DNA of 64,000 nucleotides. It comes from Clostridia bacterium. Lineage in GTDB: Bacteria > Bacillota > Clostridia > Oscillospirales > CAG-272. The stretch spans positions 2,889 to 66,888 of the forward strand of contig JAFUQQ010000009.1 of NCBI GenBank assembly GCA_017472285.1, in the 5' to 3' direction. A program made the position numbers and the translations under genes. The number at the start of each line of letters is the position of its first letter. Position 1 is the first letter of the stretch. This document shows, piece after piece, positions 50,702-59,909 of the stretch. The notes below the pieces were generated by a model that had not been told where the DNA came from, made no database searches, and saw only the letters and a program-made list of their open reading frames with translations.

Positions 50702-52171
50702 TTAGTCTTGATTCAGTACGGATACTGCGCCCTTGATGGTCTTTTCATGCGCGAGTTTACCGTATTTATCAACTTCCATCTTGTTCTTTTCGCCGTGTGT
50801 CAGACAGCCTGCGCCGCCGATACAACCGCCCTGACAAGCCATACCTTCAATGAAGTTAAAGCCGAGGGGTTTACGAGCTTTGAGAAGCGCACGAGCTTTC
50901 ATGAGCGCGAGCTTGCAAGCTTCGATACCGTCACATACAACGGAGCTGACTTCAAAGTTTTCGATACCCTGTTCTTTGATTGCCTGAACGACAGCATCGG
51001 AAAGACCGCCGGAACGAGCGAAGATTCTGCCGTAGTAAGAAGCGTTATCGAGGAAATCTTCGGACATTGTGGAAATATCGAGGTCTTTGCTGTCAAAGAG
51101 AGCCTGAAGTTCTTCAAAGGTAATAACGGCATCAACGTAAGGAGCAACGCCGTCTTTCTGGAATTCCATCTTCTTTGCTGTGCAAGGACCGATGAAAGCG
51201 ATCTTCGCTGTGGGATCGGTTTCCTTGATATACTTGGAAAGCGCGCCCATCGGGGACATATTATGAGATATGTACGGAGCGAGATCGGGGAATTCCTTTT
51301 GAACATAGGAAACGAATGCGGGACAGCAAGAGCTGGTAAGGAAGCCTTTTTCCACAAGCTCCTGAGATTCTGTCAAAGCGACCATATCGCCGCCGAGCGC
51401 CGCTTCAACAACGGTATGGAAACCGAGCGCCTTGATACCGGAAACGATCTGACCGTGTTTTGCATAAGAGAACTGGCTGGCAATTGCGGGAGCGATGATC
51501 GCATAAACTTTATAATTCTTGTTATTATCACTCTTCTTGACCATATCGATCACGTCAAGGATATAGGATGCATCCATGATCGCGCCGAACGGGCACTGAT
51601 ATACGCAGGCACCGCAGGAGATGCATTTATTATTGTTGATGGATGCACATTCCTTAACGGGATCTTTCGCAATCGCACCAACCTTACAAGCTCTTTCGCA
51701 AGGACGCTTGAAGTCCTGGATCGCGCCGTAGGGACAAACCTTAGCGCACATACCACAGTTCACACACTTGGATTTGTCGATATGTGCAACGTGGTTTTCA
51801 TCAAAGGTGATCGCGCCTTTCTTACAAACGTCTTCGCAACGGTGAGCAAGACAGCCGCGGCAAACGTCGGTTACTTTATAACCGCCGACGGGACATTCAT
51901 CACAAGCCATTTCAATGACCTGAATGACGTTGGGATTGGAACGGTCGCCGCCCATCGCAAGTTTCACACGTTCGGAAGCAATTGCCTGTTCCTTATGTAC
52001 GCAACAACGCATGGTTGCTTCAATACCCTGTGTGATCATCGCGGGAATATCCGTTACGTGTTCCAAAAGGTCATCTGTCCAAGCGAGGCGTGCGACTTCG
52101 CGAAGAATTTTATACTTCAAATGTTGTACTTTTGTATCAAATTTTCTCACAATCAGTACTCTTCCTTCCAT
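50702..52171 (-). CDS. hydA: [FeFe]-hydrogenase, catalytic type, with N-terminal ferredoxin-like clusters
   Basis: All three H-cluster motifs are intact: 'TSSCCPAF', 'GPCTAKK' and 'EGMACQGGCIGG'. Several CxxCxxCxxxC motifs lie upstream. Confidence 0.85.
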   Translation of the reverse strand: MEGRVLIVRKFDTKVQHLKYKILREVARLAWTDDLLEHVTDIPAMITQGIEATMRCCVHKEQAIASERVKLAMGGDRSNPNVIQVIEMACDECPVGGYKVTDVCRGCLAHRCEDVCKKGAITFDENHVAHIDKSKCVNCGMCAKVCPYGAIQDFKRPCERACKVGAIAKDPVKECASINNNKCISCGACVYQCPFGAIMDASYILDVIDMVKKSDNNKNYKVYAIIAPAIASQFSYAKHGQIVSGIKALGFHTVVEAALGGDMVALTESQELVEKGFLTSSCCPAFVSYVQKEFPDLAPYISHNMSPMGALSKYIKETDPTAKIAFIGPCTAKKMEFQKDGVAPYVDAVITFEELQALFDSKDLDISTMSEDFLDNASYYGRIFARSGGLSDAVVQAIKEQGIENFEVSSVVCDGIEACKLALMKARALLKARKPLGFNFIEGMACQGGCIGGAGCLTHGEKNKMEVDKYGKLAHEKTIKGAVSVLNQD

Positions 52172-52201
52172 AAACTTTTTATATTGCGATCAAAGCCGCC
52201 A

Positions 52202-53374
52202 TCAGAAATAGCTGACTTTGATCTGTTTGCCCATTTTTCTCAGGCAATCCGAAAGCTCGCTGACGAGCTGCATTTTGATATTGAAATTGATCGGCAGATT
52301 GGGGTTCTGGTGGGCGGGGTTCATCGCTCTGCCGACGTAGAAATTGATATCCGTCGCTTCTTCAAAGAGCAGTCGGCTGATGAGCGAAGCACCGTCCTGT
52401 TTATAACTCCAATGCTTATAGGATTCGTTATCCGCGAGATAGTCTTTCGCGTATTCGAGAACGCGGTTGACCGTGATAACACCTTCTGTAACGAGATCGA
52501 CACCGTCAATATGCGCAATCGGCGGAATATCGGGGTCAATGAAATCGATCTCCGTGCGAACGGTCTTTCCGAGATAACGTGCCGCAATCGACGAAGTTGT
52601 ACCGCCGCAGATGATATGTTTGCCTTCCTTGGAGAAGAAAAGCGACATCATCTTATCGCAATCGTCACGGTTCGAGGGCGGACCGAAAAGAAGATTCATC
52701 GGTTCGCGTCGCTTGATACGGATGGTGCAAACAGAGGTATCGTCACCGGGTTTGCCGCCGTAAAGACGGTTACATTCGTCAAGAAGAATCGTGGACAATG
52801 TTTTTGCCGTGAAACCGACATCGTAAAAGGTTTCCATGAAGGTGATGATATCGCGTCTGCCCCAACCGAAATTGAGCGACATACCGACACCCGCATGAAC
52901 ACATCCATCCGACATCGCAATAAAGATATCATTTTCCTGTAATTTGATGCGTGAGCGGTAAATGAGCTTACCGCCGATATTGACCTCTGTTTTGGGAATC
53001 TCAAAGCCTCTGCCGTCGCGGAGCAGGATCACGGCGGGATTATCATATTCCATGATCTCCGCGTATTCGTTGTTCACAAGACGGATGAGGGTAAACGTGG
53101 AATAAGCAACACCGCGAACGGAACAAACGGGCAAGGTTGCCGCGATCGTCGCGATACAGTCATCCAGAGAGAGTCCCTCAGAAACCATCGTTGAAATAAT
53201 TTTTGAGGTCAAGGTTGACAAAATACTCGCCTTAACACCGCTTCCCAAGCCATCGGCAAGAACGATGACCGTCGAGTTTTCGTCCTGCTCGACCACGTCA
53301 ATATGGTCGCCGCAAAGTTCTTCACCGACGTGATTGATACTGCGGTAACCGATATCAGCAAATAGATTATTCAT
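52202..53374 (-). CDS. SpoIIE/PP2C-family protein serine/threonine phosphatase with uncharacterised C-terminal domain
   Basis: 'GEELCGDHIDV...VIVLADGLGSGVKASILS...IAMSDG' PP2C/SpoIIE pattern. Overlaps the hydS stop codon by 8 nt. Confidence 0.75.
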   Translation of the reverse strand: MNNLFADIGYRSINHVGEELCGDHIDVVEQDENSTVIVLADGLGSGVKASILSTLTSKIISTMVSEGLSLDDCIATIAATLPVCSVRGVAYSTFTLIRLVNNEYAEIMEYDNPAVILLRDGRGFEIPKTEVNIGGKLIYRSRIKLQENDIFIAMSDGCVHAGVGMSLNFGWGRRDIITFMETFYDVGFTAKTLSTILLDECNRLYGGKPGDDTSVCTIRIKRREPMNLLFGPPSNRDDCDKMMSLFFSKEGKHIICGGTTSSIAARYLGKTVRTEIDFIDPDIPPIAHIDGVDLVTEGVITVNRVLEYAKDYLADNESYKHWSYKQDGASLISRLLFEEATDINFYVGRAMNPAHQNPNLPINFNIKMQLVSELSDCLRKMGKQIKVSYF

Positions 53375-55040
53375 CTGCGATCGACTCCTTCAGTTTTGTC
53401 AGTGCAATTTTTGTTTCCGCGGCAGTTTCGCCGAGAAGCGATGCGATCTCCTGAACGATACGCATCTGATTCTGAACGACCTTATCCGCGATCTCAATGG
53501 TTTGTCTGTTGACTTCTTCTTTCTTTTCTCTTGCGGTTTCTTCGTCGGTCACGTCACGCATGATACAGATCAGGATGCGGGATTCCCTGTCGAAGATAAC
53601 GGTCTGGTCAACGTAGCGGTCGTATTCCGCAAGATAAACGTGCATACCCGAAACGCCTCTACCCGTTCTCTTAACGTCCATAAAGAGTTTGGGATCCATA
53701 ATACGTACCACAGGTTCGCCGAGAACGTCGGATTCACGCATGATGTTCATCATACGGAGTGCCGCGCGGTTGATCTGCTGCACTTCCAGATTTTCGTTGA
53801 GAACGAAAACGCCGTTGGGGGTATTTTTGATAATGGTATCGGAGAAGTTTTCCGCTCTGTCCTTGAGGAAAGGCAGACACATGGAGATCTCCGCTTTGCC
53901 CTGATAGATAGCAATGGCTTTATCACGGCAAGTATCGTAACCGCAAGAGCCGCAGTTCAGCTCATCCGCGGGTTTATTTTTACCCATCTGACGCATGATA
54001 TCCATGATCTCATACTCTGTGGGCATGGTAGTATTGCGTTCGATGCACTCAAAACGCTTTCTGAGAAGCTCGGGATCAGGCTGCTCAACCTCAAAATCAT
54101 TCTTGCCTGCATATTCGGCAACAGCAAGATAACCGCGAAGATGAGAACGGCTATGCTTTTCCATAACGGGACCGCCGACACAACCGCCGACACAGGCAGA
54201 CATTTCGATAAAGCATTTCTGGAGCTTACCCGCTTCGATATCGCGGAGGGCTGCCATGCAGTTTTCCACACCGTCTACGGAAAGGAAGGTATAACCAAAC
54301 TTTCCGATATCCATCGTTTTGATGATACCGCCGGGGGTCGGGAAAAGTCTTGTGAGGCTGCCTGGATTTTCATCCGTTTTCTGTTCGGGTGTCACGCGGA
54401 CTTTTTCAAACCAATCGCTGAGTTCTTCAAAAGTGAGAACGGCATCCACGTCTTTGTAATAATCCGCTTCGTCTTTTTTGGCAACGCAAGGACCGATGAA
54501 AACGACCTTTGCGTTCGGGATTCTGCGCTTGATATCCGCGGCGTGCGCCTGCATGGGACTCTTAACGTCCGCAAGGAAGGGCAATTCCGCGGGGAAATAT
54601 TTCTGGATCAAGAGATTGACGGAATGGCAAGCGGAGGAAATCAGAACGTCCTGCGTGCCTTCCTCTAAAATACGTTCGTATTCTTTTTTGACCATTGTCG
54701 CGCCGATGGCTGTTTCCTCGGCATCGGTAAAACCGATCTTTTTGAGTGCCTCACGCATGGATTCGATGCCAACGCCCTCATAATTTGCGATAAAGGAAGG
54801 CGCAAGGCTCGCAATCACGGGATCCGTGCCCATCATCAGCGTACGGACGACCTCCGTACTGTCTGCGATCTGCTTTGCATTCTGCGGACAAACGACGAAA
54901 CAGCGTCCGCAAAGAATACATTCGTCCTTGACGATATGCGCTTGGTTACCGGAGAATCGGATCGATTTCACCGGACAATGGCGAATACACTTATAGCAAT
55001 TTTTACAGTTGGACTTTTTCAGCTTCAAAAATTCTGCCAT
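53367..55040 (-). CDS. hydS: sensory-type (group C, HydS-like) [FeFe]-hydrogenase with C-terminal PAS domain
   Basis: Contains 2x[4Fe-4S] motifs. The L1 motif is altered to 'SSACHS' (the first Cys of TSCCP is Ala). L2 'GPCVAKK' and L3 'EMSACVGGCVGGP' are intact. An extra 'CGSCGYDTC..C' motif is followed by a PAS-like 'TPNGVFVLNENLEVQQINRAAL'. Confidence 0.8.
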   Translation of the reverse strand: MAEFLKLKKSNCKNCYKCIRHCPVKSIRFSGNQAHIVKDECILCGRCFVVCPQNAKQIADSTEVVRTLMMGTDPVIASLAPSFIANYEGVGIESMREALKKIGFTDAEETAIGATMVKKEYERILEEGTQDVLISSACHSVNLLIQKYFPAELPFLADVKSPMQAHAADIKRRIPNAKVVFIGPCVAKKDEADYYKDVDAVLTFEELSDWFEKVRVTPEQKTDENPGSLTRLFPTPGGIIKTMDIGKFGYTFLSVDGVENCMAALRDIEAGKLQKCFIEMSACVGGCVGGPVMEKHSRSHLRGYLAVAEYAGKNDFEVEQPDPELLRKRFECIERNTTMPTEYEIMDIMRQMGKNKPADELNCGSCGYDTCRDKAIAIYQGKAEISMCLPFLKDRAENFSDTIIKNTPNGVFVLNENLEVQQINRAALRMMNIMRESDVLGEPVVRIMDPKLFMDVKRTGRGVSGMHVYLAEYDRYVDQTVIFDRESRILICIMRDVTDEETAREKKEEVNRQTIEIADKVVQNQMRIVQEIASLLGETAAETKIALTKLKESIADE

Positions 55041-55052
55041 GGCCGCTTCTCC

Positions 55053-55304
55053 TTACATATTGAGTCTTCCGAGTATTTGTTCCTTGAAAAAAGCATCAAA
55101 ACCTCTGACCGTAACGCCCGTACAAACGTCATCATCGATCTGAATGGTGACGCCTTCTCTATTGCATTTTCCGATACAAAAGCTTCCCGCGAGAATGACC
55201 TCATCCTCCAGCGCATATTCCTCGACAGCCTTTTTCATCAAATCGACGATCTCATGCGAGCCTTTGATATGGCATGAACTACCGACACAAATCTGAACGA
55301 TCAT
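55053..55304 (-). CDS. thioredoxin-like [2Fe-2S] ferredoxin domain protein
   Basis: 'CVGSSCHIKGS...SFCIGKCNRE' (Cx4C...Cx3C, NuoE/HydC-like). Confidence 0.75.
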   Translation of the reverse strand: MIVQICVGSSCHIKGSHEIVDLMKKAVEEYALEDEVILAGSFCIGKCNREGVTIQIDDDVCTGVTVRGFDAFFKEQILGRLNM

Positions 55305-55348
55305 TTTGTTTCTCCTTTACGATTTCGGGATTGTACCGGCATCTGCGG

Positions 55349-55594
55349 TTATGCTTTTGCCAAAATTTCGGTTTTGAAGAATTCTTCGACAGTATCGGGG
55401 CTTACGGAGAAAAATGTGTCGCCAACGGTAACGCAAACACCCTTCTGGCATTCGCCAAGACAGAATGTGCCTGCAACTTCAACTTTATCTTCAAGATTGT
55501 GATCTGCGATCATTTCGCGGATTGCTTCAACGACCTGACGGGAGCCTTTGAGGTGGCAGGAGCTTCCGATACATACAGTAACTCTGGTTTTCAT
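55349..55594 (-). CDS. thioredoxin-like [2Fe-2S] ferredoxin domain protein (paralog)
   Basis: 'CIGSSCHLKGS...TFCLGECQKG'. Tandem paralog of 55053-55304. Confidence 0.75.
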   Translation of the reverse strand: MKTRVTVCIGSSCHLKGSRQVVEAIREMIADHNLEDKVEVAGTFCLGECQKGVCVTVGDTFFSVSPDTVEEFFKTEILAKA

Positions 55595-55644
55595 AAAAAC
55601 AATAATCCTTTCGTGGCTTGTGAAAATGTATTTTTAACGTTTTT

Positions 55645-56394
55645 TTAGATATTCAGATATTCGACCGATTTTGCGAGATTCAGAAGGAATTCCTTCTTTG
55701 CACCTTCGGTCTTTGCGGATTTGGATGCCGCCGCAACGGGAATCCATTTGAGAACGGCTTCTTTTTCAACAGCGCTCTTTGCGCAATAGAGATCGAGATA
55801 TTTTTCAGCTTCGGTGTCTTTTCCATCAAGCTTGAAAAGAATATAAGTGATCGCCGCGTCTACGTTGGGATTGCCCTGATTGGTATGGGACCAATCAAGG
55901 ATATAGGGCGTACCGTCTGCCTTAATGATGATGTTTTCGGGTTTGAAGTCGCAATGGCAAACGACGTTGGTCACGCCAAGCTCACGGAGTCTGAGCTGAA
56001 GATCGTAACGGATCGTGGCTTTGAGATCGGCTGCCGAGATCTTTCTCGTCATCTTATCCTTGAGCGTTGTGAGGAGAGATGCTTTTTTCGTATGGATCTC
56101 CTTCTGCAAGGAAACGAAAAGTTCGAGATACTCGTCACATTTTTCGGGCTGTTCGCTCATCAGTTCCGCGAGATTTTTACCCTCGATGTATTCCATCATG
56201 AGCGCCCATTTTCCGTCGACGGTACCGACCTTGAGAATCTTCGGGATGTTAAGACCGGTTTCTTCGATTCTCGCTTGATTGAGTCCTTCTGTGAGAATTT
56301 CGGATTTCGACCAATCATTTTCATCAAATACCTTGATCAAAGTGTCGCCGTCCTGATAAACAACCTTACCTTGTCTGACTGCAATGGTATTCAT
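55645..56394 (-). CDS. small protein-kinase-like / aminoglycoside-phosphotransferase-fold protein
   Basis: The catalytic-loop-like 'HCDFKPENIII' and 'ILDWSH' resemble the HRDxKPEN and DFG motifs of Hanks/APH-fold kinases. Candidate ATP-binding Lys in 'DTLIKVF'. Confidence 0.65.
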   Translation of the reverse strand: MNTIAVRQGKVVYQDGDTLIKVFDENDWSKSEILTEGLNQARIEETGLNIPKILKVGTVDGKWALMMEYIEGKNLAELMSEQPEKCDEYLELFVSLQKEIHTKKASLLTTLKDKMTRKISAADLKATIRYDLQLRLRELGVTNVVCHCDFKPENIIIKADGTPYILDWSHTNQGNPNVDAAITYILFKLDGKDTEAEKYLDLYCAKSAVEKEAVLKWIPVAAASKSAKTEGAKKEFLLNLAKSVEYLNI

Positions 56395-56489
56395 TGAATA
56401 AACCTCCTTAATAAGTTGTTCATTTCATAATATGATTTTCTATGGGCATTTTTCCGTCAAGTTGGAATGCGCCCATTATTTCATTTAAC

Positions 56490-56518
56490 AGTATATCATT
56501 TTTTTTTGATAATTTCAA
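56490..56518 (-). promoter_or_regulatory. promoter of the kinase-hydS-hydA operon
   Basis: Minus strand reads TTGAAA-TTATCAAAAAAAAATGA-TATACT (N17). Near-identical to the promoter at 11043-11071. Confidence 0.5.
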
Positions 56519-56683
56519 TAGAAAATCAAAGGATATCCTGAAATATTCGATAATATTTTTTGAAAAAGAAGAAATTCGTCCCGTTTTTTTGAGACGATCG
56601 TCCTTTACAAAGCGTCCGATTTGTGATATACTTATAATATGCGTATTTCACGCAATCTTCAGAAATAAGGCAGGTCTTCCATC

Positions 56684-57808
56684 ATGAATGAAAAAGAAAT
56701 TTCCGAAATCCGCCGCCGTTTCCGCGCGGATAAAACCAATATATCTAAAATCCGCGGCTGTTACGTCAACGCAGACAAAGAGATCAGCTCCGAATTTTTT
56801 GAATCTCTTGGGCTGATGGCAACCGATCACGTCGAAGATATCTTATCCCGCATGAAAAAAGTTCTTTCGGGAACGCTCGGCAAAAATCTCATGGAGATCG
56901 AATTTTCGACACAGCAGGTCCTTGAATCTCCCGAACATCAGCTTTTGACCACCCTTCGCAAAAGTGCGCTTTCCGATGATACCGCCGTCAAGGAATTTTA
57001 TGAAAAAGTCCGCACTACCCTTGCCATCGATAGTCCGTATCTCATCCTGCTCGCAAGCGATACGTACGATATCCCCGCCTATCACAAAGATGATATGGAA
57101 AGTGACGAATCTACAGAATCCTTTTCTTATTTCGTCTGCGCGATCTGTCCCGTCAAGCTGACGAAACCCTCGCTCGGTTATCATACGCATGAAAATAAAT
57201 TCTGCAATATTCGTCCCGATTGGGCAGTTTCCACACCTGAGATCGGTTTCATGTTCCCCGTCTATGAAGACCGCGGCGCAAATATCTATAAAACGCTCTA
57301 TTATACCCATAGCGCATCTGAAAGTCAAAATCCACTTGCCGAGATCTTGTTCGCAAACGAGATCCCCATGCCCGCAACCGAGCAGAAAGAAACCTTCCAA
57401 GCTATCCTGAGCGATACGATCGCGGAAGATTGCAATATCAGCGTCGTCAAAGCCGTCCACAGCGAGCTTGCAGAAATCATTGAAGAACATAAAAACACCA
57501 AAAAAGAAGAACCTCTCGTGATCGATAAACAAACGGTCAAAGACGTTCTGACTGCCTGCGCCGTGCCCGAAGAACGCATCCAAGCTTTCGAAGAACGCTT
57601 CGATGAAGAATTTGGCGAACAGACGGAGATCAGTCCCGTCAACCTCGTAAATAAACAGCTCGAAGTCAATACGGCTGATGTTTCCATCAAAATCAATGCC
57701 GACCGAGGCGATCTCGTTCGTACACGCATCATTGACGGAGTCAAATACATACTCATCCGCGCGGATGAATCTGTCGAAGTCAATGGTGTTCGCATTGCCA
57801 TCAATTAA
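56684..57808 (+). CDS. DUF4317-like hypothetical protein
   Basis: 374 aa. The N-terminal 'MNEKEISEIRRRFRADKTNISKIRGCYVN' matches my recollection of the DUF4317 family in Clostridia. No other motif recognised. Confidence 0.55.
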   Translation: MNEKEISEIRRRFRADKTNISKIRGCYVNADKEISSEFFESLGLMATDHVEDILSRMKKVLSGTLGKNLMEIEFSTQQVLESPEHQLLTTLRKSALSDDTAVKEFYEKVRTTLAIDSPYLILLASDTYDIPAYHKDDMESDESTESFSYFVCAICPVKLTKPSLGYHTHENKFCNIRPDWAVSTPEIGFMFPVYEDRGANIYKTLYYTHSASESQNPLAEILFANEIPMPATEQKETFQAILSDTIAEDCNISVVKAVHSELAEIIEEHKNTKKEEPLVIDKQTVKDVLTACAVPEERIQAFEERFDEEFGEQTEISPVNLVNKQLEVNTADVSIKINADRGDLVRTRIIDGVKYILIRADESVEVNGVRIAIN

Positions 57809-57822
57809 AGAGATACGAAAAA

Positions 57823-57850
57823 GGGGAAACTTTTTAAAAAAAGTTTCCCC
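57823..57850. repeat. GGGGA-palindrome element (terminator-like, flanked by A- and T-runs)
   Basis: GAAAAA-GGGGAAACTTTTTAAAAAAAGTTTCCCC-TTTTAAA. Confidence 0.8.
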
Positions 57851-57957
57851 TTTTAAATTCCCCTTCAAAAACTTCCTTGTGGGTGCCGCTGTCTTTATAA
57901 AGTCACACCTTTGTAGACCTCGATCCGCCACAGAGAAAAGTTTTGGAGGAGAGGTGC

Positions 57958-57989
57958 GGGGAGGAGCTTTTTTCAAAAAGCTCCTCCCC
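57958..57989. repeat. GGGGAG-palindrome element
   Basis: GGGGAGGAGCTTTTTTCAAAAAGCTCCTCCCC, preceded by CCGCCACAGAGAAAAGTTTTGGAGGAGAGG. Confidence 0.85.
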
Positions 57990-58000
57990 GCTCGTTCTCT

Positions 58001-58978
58001 TTATAGCCAATGAATATCGGGCATCGGCAAAGCCTGATATTCTGCTTTCGTGACCCCGAGCCGTTTCAGAAGCTCGTCCAACGAGATCATTTCGATACGT
58101 TTGCCGCCGCGTTTCGCGTCGCGCGCCGTTTTGGTGCGTTTACATATCCTTGCGGGTTCCGCACTTCCCGTTACGAAAATATCACATTCCGATGCCACAC
58201 GCGTATAATTGCCGCCCGCATCGATAATCATCTGCGCGAGATGATAGATCTGCGCCTCGCGAGGTTGTTCCAAAGCCATCGATACACAAACGGTCTTGCC
58301 CGCAAGCACCTGTTCCCTTTTGTTTTTGGGTTCTGCTTTATCTAAAAATGCCGCAAACATCGTGCGATTGGGATGGATATACGAACAGAATATCTTGGAA
58401 GCTTCCGTTTCTCCCCAGACACGGTGATCTTTTATATAATTATTTAAGGAAAGTTTTTTGCTTTCGCAGATCTTTTTGACGAGGAGCATCGTTGCTCTCG
58501 CATCCGCTTCGCTGTTATGTACGTCCTGCGGTTTCGGAATGGAAAACATTTCACACGCACGGTCAAGACCGAGTTGTCCTTCGCTTTGATAAGCGGAGGA
58601 ATATAAACTCTGGCTGTCGGCAAAACGGAATTTCAAAGGTGGGAGTCCGTATCTTGCGCAATCTTTACAAAGGAAATTTACGTCATCCTGCACGGAATGT
58701 CCCATAACGATCTGATCTTCGGCTTCCAACAAAGCCTTGATCTTTTGATAAAAAGCGGGAAATTTCGGTGCCTTCCGAAATTCCGCTTCCGAATACGAAA
58801 GAATGATATCGGGTCGTCTGGAACGTCCGACGAGATAAAAACGGGATTCGGGATTGATAACGATATCCTGACTTTCCAATTCATGAAAATGTTCATCCGT
58901 GATGACGTAGCCAAAGGAACAAATACTTCCTTTTCCGCCGTCCGCACATTCAATATCAAAAAATACATATCGCATCAT
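58001..58978 (-). CDS. DEDDh 3'-5' exonuclease domain protein with C-terminal BRCT-like domain
   Basis: 'VFFDIECAD' (ExoI), 'GHSVQDDVNFL' (ExoII), 'HNSEADARA' (ExoIII, DEDDh). C-terminal 'LAGKTVCVSMAL...IFVTGS' is BRCT-like. Start at MMRYVFFD with GGGAGGG RBS. Confidence 0.75.
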   Translation of the reverse strand: MMRYVFFDIECADGGKGSICSFGYVITDEHFHELESQDIVINPESRFYLVGRSRRPDIILSYSEAEFRKAPKFPAFYQKIKALLEAEDQIVMGHSVQDDVNFLCKDCARYGLPPLKFRFADSQSLYSSAYQSEGQLGLDRACEMFSIPKPQDVHNSEADARATMLLVKKICESKKLSLNNYIKDHRVWGETEASKIFCSYIHPNRTMFAAFLDKAEPKNKREQVLAGKTVCVSMALEQPREAQIYHLAQMIIDAGGNYTRVASECDIFVTGSAEPARICKRTKTARDAKRGGKRIEMISLDELLKRLGVTKAEYQALPMPDIHWL

Positions 58979-59111
58979 CAAACCCTCCCTTTCAAAGATC
59001 GTTTTTTGCCGTTTCATACGGCGCATACATTTTATTCTATCATAAAAATACAAAATGTCAAGAGAAAAGCACGAGAAGTATTCCCGTGCTTTTCGTTTTG
59101 CCAATATTCGT

Positions 59112-59906
59112 TTAACTCAAAAGTGCTCTGTCGTTGGCAAATTCCTGTCCGCTATGTTCGGAGAATTTTGCAACGAGCGCTTCAACGGTCAGATTTTTCT
59201 TTTCTTCGCCCGAAACGTCGAAAATGACCTTACCTGCGTTCATCATGATGAGACGGTTGCCGTGAGCAATAGCGTCTTTCATGTTGTGTGTGACCATCAT
59301 AGCGGTAAGTTTATTTTCCGCAATGAGCATATCAGAGATCTCAAGCACTTTTGCCGCAGTTTTCGGGTCAAGTGCCGCTGTATGTTCGTCAAGAAGAAGG
59401 AGCTTCGGCTGTTTGAGCGTTGCCATCAGAAGCGTAAGTGCCTGTCTTTGACCGCCCGAAAGCAAGCCGACTTTGGCTGTCATACGATCCTCAAGACCAA
59501 GATCGAGAATAGAAAGCAATTCTTTGTAATGCTTCTTTTCTTTGGCGGTAATGCCCCATTTGAACGTATGACGATCACCTCTGCGCGCAGCAATGGCGAG
59601 ATTTTCCTGAATCTCCATTGTTGCCGCCGTACCTGTCATAGGATCCTGAAAAACACGTCCGATATATCTTGCGCGTTTGTGTTCCGCAAGACCGGACACG
59701 TCGACACCGTCGATCAGGATCCGTCCCTCATCGATCGGAAATACACCTGCGACAGCATTGAGCGTTGTGGATTTACCCGCACCGTTGCCGCCGATGATCG
59801 TTACGAAATCCCCCGGATTCAAATGAAGATCAACACCGCAGAGTGCTTTTTTCGCATTGATTGTGCCGGGGAAAAAGGTTTTTTGTACGTTGATAAGCTT
59901 TAACAT
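59112..59906 (-). CDS. ABC transporter ATP-binding protein
   Basis: Walker A 'GGNGAGKST', signature 'LSGGQRQ', Walker B 'LLLLDEHTAALD'. Confidence 0.9.
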   Translation of the reverse strand: MLKLINVQKTFFPGTINAKKALCGVDLHLNPGDFVTIIGGNGAGKSTTLNAVAGVFPIDEGRILIDGVDVSGLAEHKRARYIGRVFQDPMTGTAATMEIQENLAIAARRGDRHTFKWGITAKEKKHYKELLSILDLGLEDRMTAKVGLLSGGQRQALTLLMATLKQPKLLLLDEHTAALDPKTAAKVLEISDMLIAENKLTAMMVTHNMKDAIAHGNRLIMMNAGKVIFDVSGEEKKNLTVEALVAKFSEHSGQEFANDRALLS

Positions 59907-59909
59907 AAT

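Noticed and set aside
49031-54668. Long plus-strand ORFs (49031-50599, 50684-52942, 53502-54668) and the minus-strand ORF 56843-57976
   Set aside because: Antisense shadows of metY, hydA/PP2C, hydS and the DUF4317-like gene respectively.
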